Assembly: GCA_049999805.1 (NCBI GenBank) | Contig: JBNGIO010006224.1 | Span: 1-64,000, forward strand | Origin: Folioceros fuciformis | Lineage: Eukaryota | Reading direction: 5' to 3' | Length of the DNA: 64,000 nucleotides | In this document: positions 63,175-64,000 of the stretch, one piece after another | How positions within the stretch are numbered: position 1 is the first letter of the stretch | How the letters are laid out: every line of letters starts with the position of its first letter | Made by a program: the position numbers and the translations under genes | The notes under the pieces: generated by a model | Told to the model about the DNA's origin: nothing | The model's database searches: none | Seen by the model: the letters and a program-made list of their open reading frames with translations, nothing else

Positions 63175-64000
63175 GACCTTGCTGATATCACATCAAGGCC
63201 CGGCAACTCCTCTCTCCTCTGGAAGAATGTCCTATTTTCCCTGCCAGCTCAGACAACCTGCTCACGACCTCCATGTGGCTTACAAAAATTCCTTAACAAC
63301 GTTCGTTGTCAAATTGATGTTACAACCATTCCCATATTTGAACCGGTACTGATTAAATGCCTTCATTCATGTATCAGATCAACCTACACTGCAAAAAGGG
63401 ATTCCACAAGCTACCCTAGTCCCCCAATTCCCCGAACTCCAACCTCAATTCACCCTGTTGTCAAGGATAGCTTCGGAATTGGATGGCTCCTTGGTAGCGT
63501 GGGTGATGAAGGCTAGAATCCAGTGACGAATTCCTAAAACCCAAAAAACGATCTAACCCAAAACTGATCTACAGAGATCTAGGACGTGGGAGAAACACTT
63601 TGGAGAAATAGCGAGTGAGATGGACAAGCTACAGCTGGGCCGAAGAGAAAGGGTTCAATCCTGAGCTGGTTACGAGATCGCAGTTGGAGTACCACCTGTT
63701 CAACCAAATCAAGGTGATGAAAGAAAGAGAGGATTTTGAGGGCCGTCGGATGCGAAGAGCAGAATTCAAACATGGACTCCAATACGAACAATTTTCAGGA
63801 ACGATGACAGATTGTCACAATCTGAGGCAAATCTCTGAGATTCCAAACGGCCCTCTTAAGAGGGACTCTGGAGGGCCGAATTCCGCACACTAGCCCCCCT
63901 AAATCCCACCATGCCGATCGTAACACAAGCGACACACCGACACGATTCACAGCACACCTACAATTACAAGCACAAGTTCGGCAAAATAAGACAGAAGTGA

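Noticed and set aside
63579-63893. Short ORFs at the window end
   Set aside because: No recognisable domain. More likely the leader or promoter of the F-box/WD40 gene.

Overview
Eukaryotic nuclear DNA from a gene-dense land plant. Most introns are short (about 70-200 nt) GT-AG, and intergenic gaps are small. A compact seed-free plant such as a hornwort is my inference and is not proven. Thirteen protein-coding genes can be modelled, in this order: the 3' end of an X8-domain protein (+), glutaminyl cyclase (-), DNA polymerase alpha catalytic subunit (-), an intronless F-box gene (-), exportin-1 (+), SCD2 (+), an orphan secreted His/Arg-rich protein with two Cys-containing repeats (+), an NPF/PTR transporter (-), GDPD4-like (+), a DnaJ11-like J protein (+), an MFS transporter (-), an RMF/At3g61730-like F-box (+) and CAMTA (+). 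An F-box/WD40 gene (-) follows as the fourteenth. AT-rich intergenic islands carry several degenerate tandem arrays, and there are two 100-N assembly gaps. Two observations stand out. (1) A triplicated ~200-bp unit at 42996-43575 carries a box D plus an 18S-rRNA antisense guide typical of U54/SNORD54 C/D snoRNAs, inside a putative ~1-kb host intron upstream of GDPD4. (2) The orphan secreted protein has two saposin-like repeats that share intron positions and phases. All gene models were built by eye, and no database searches were run.
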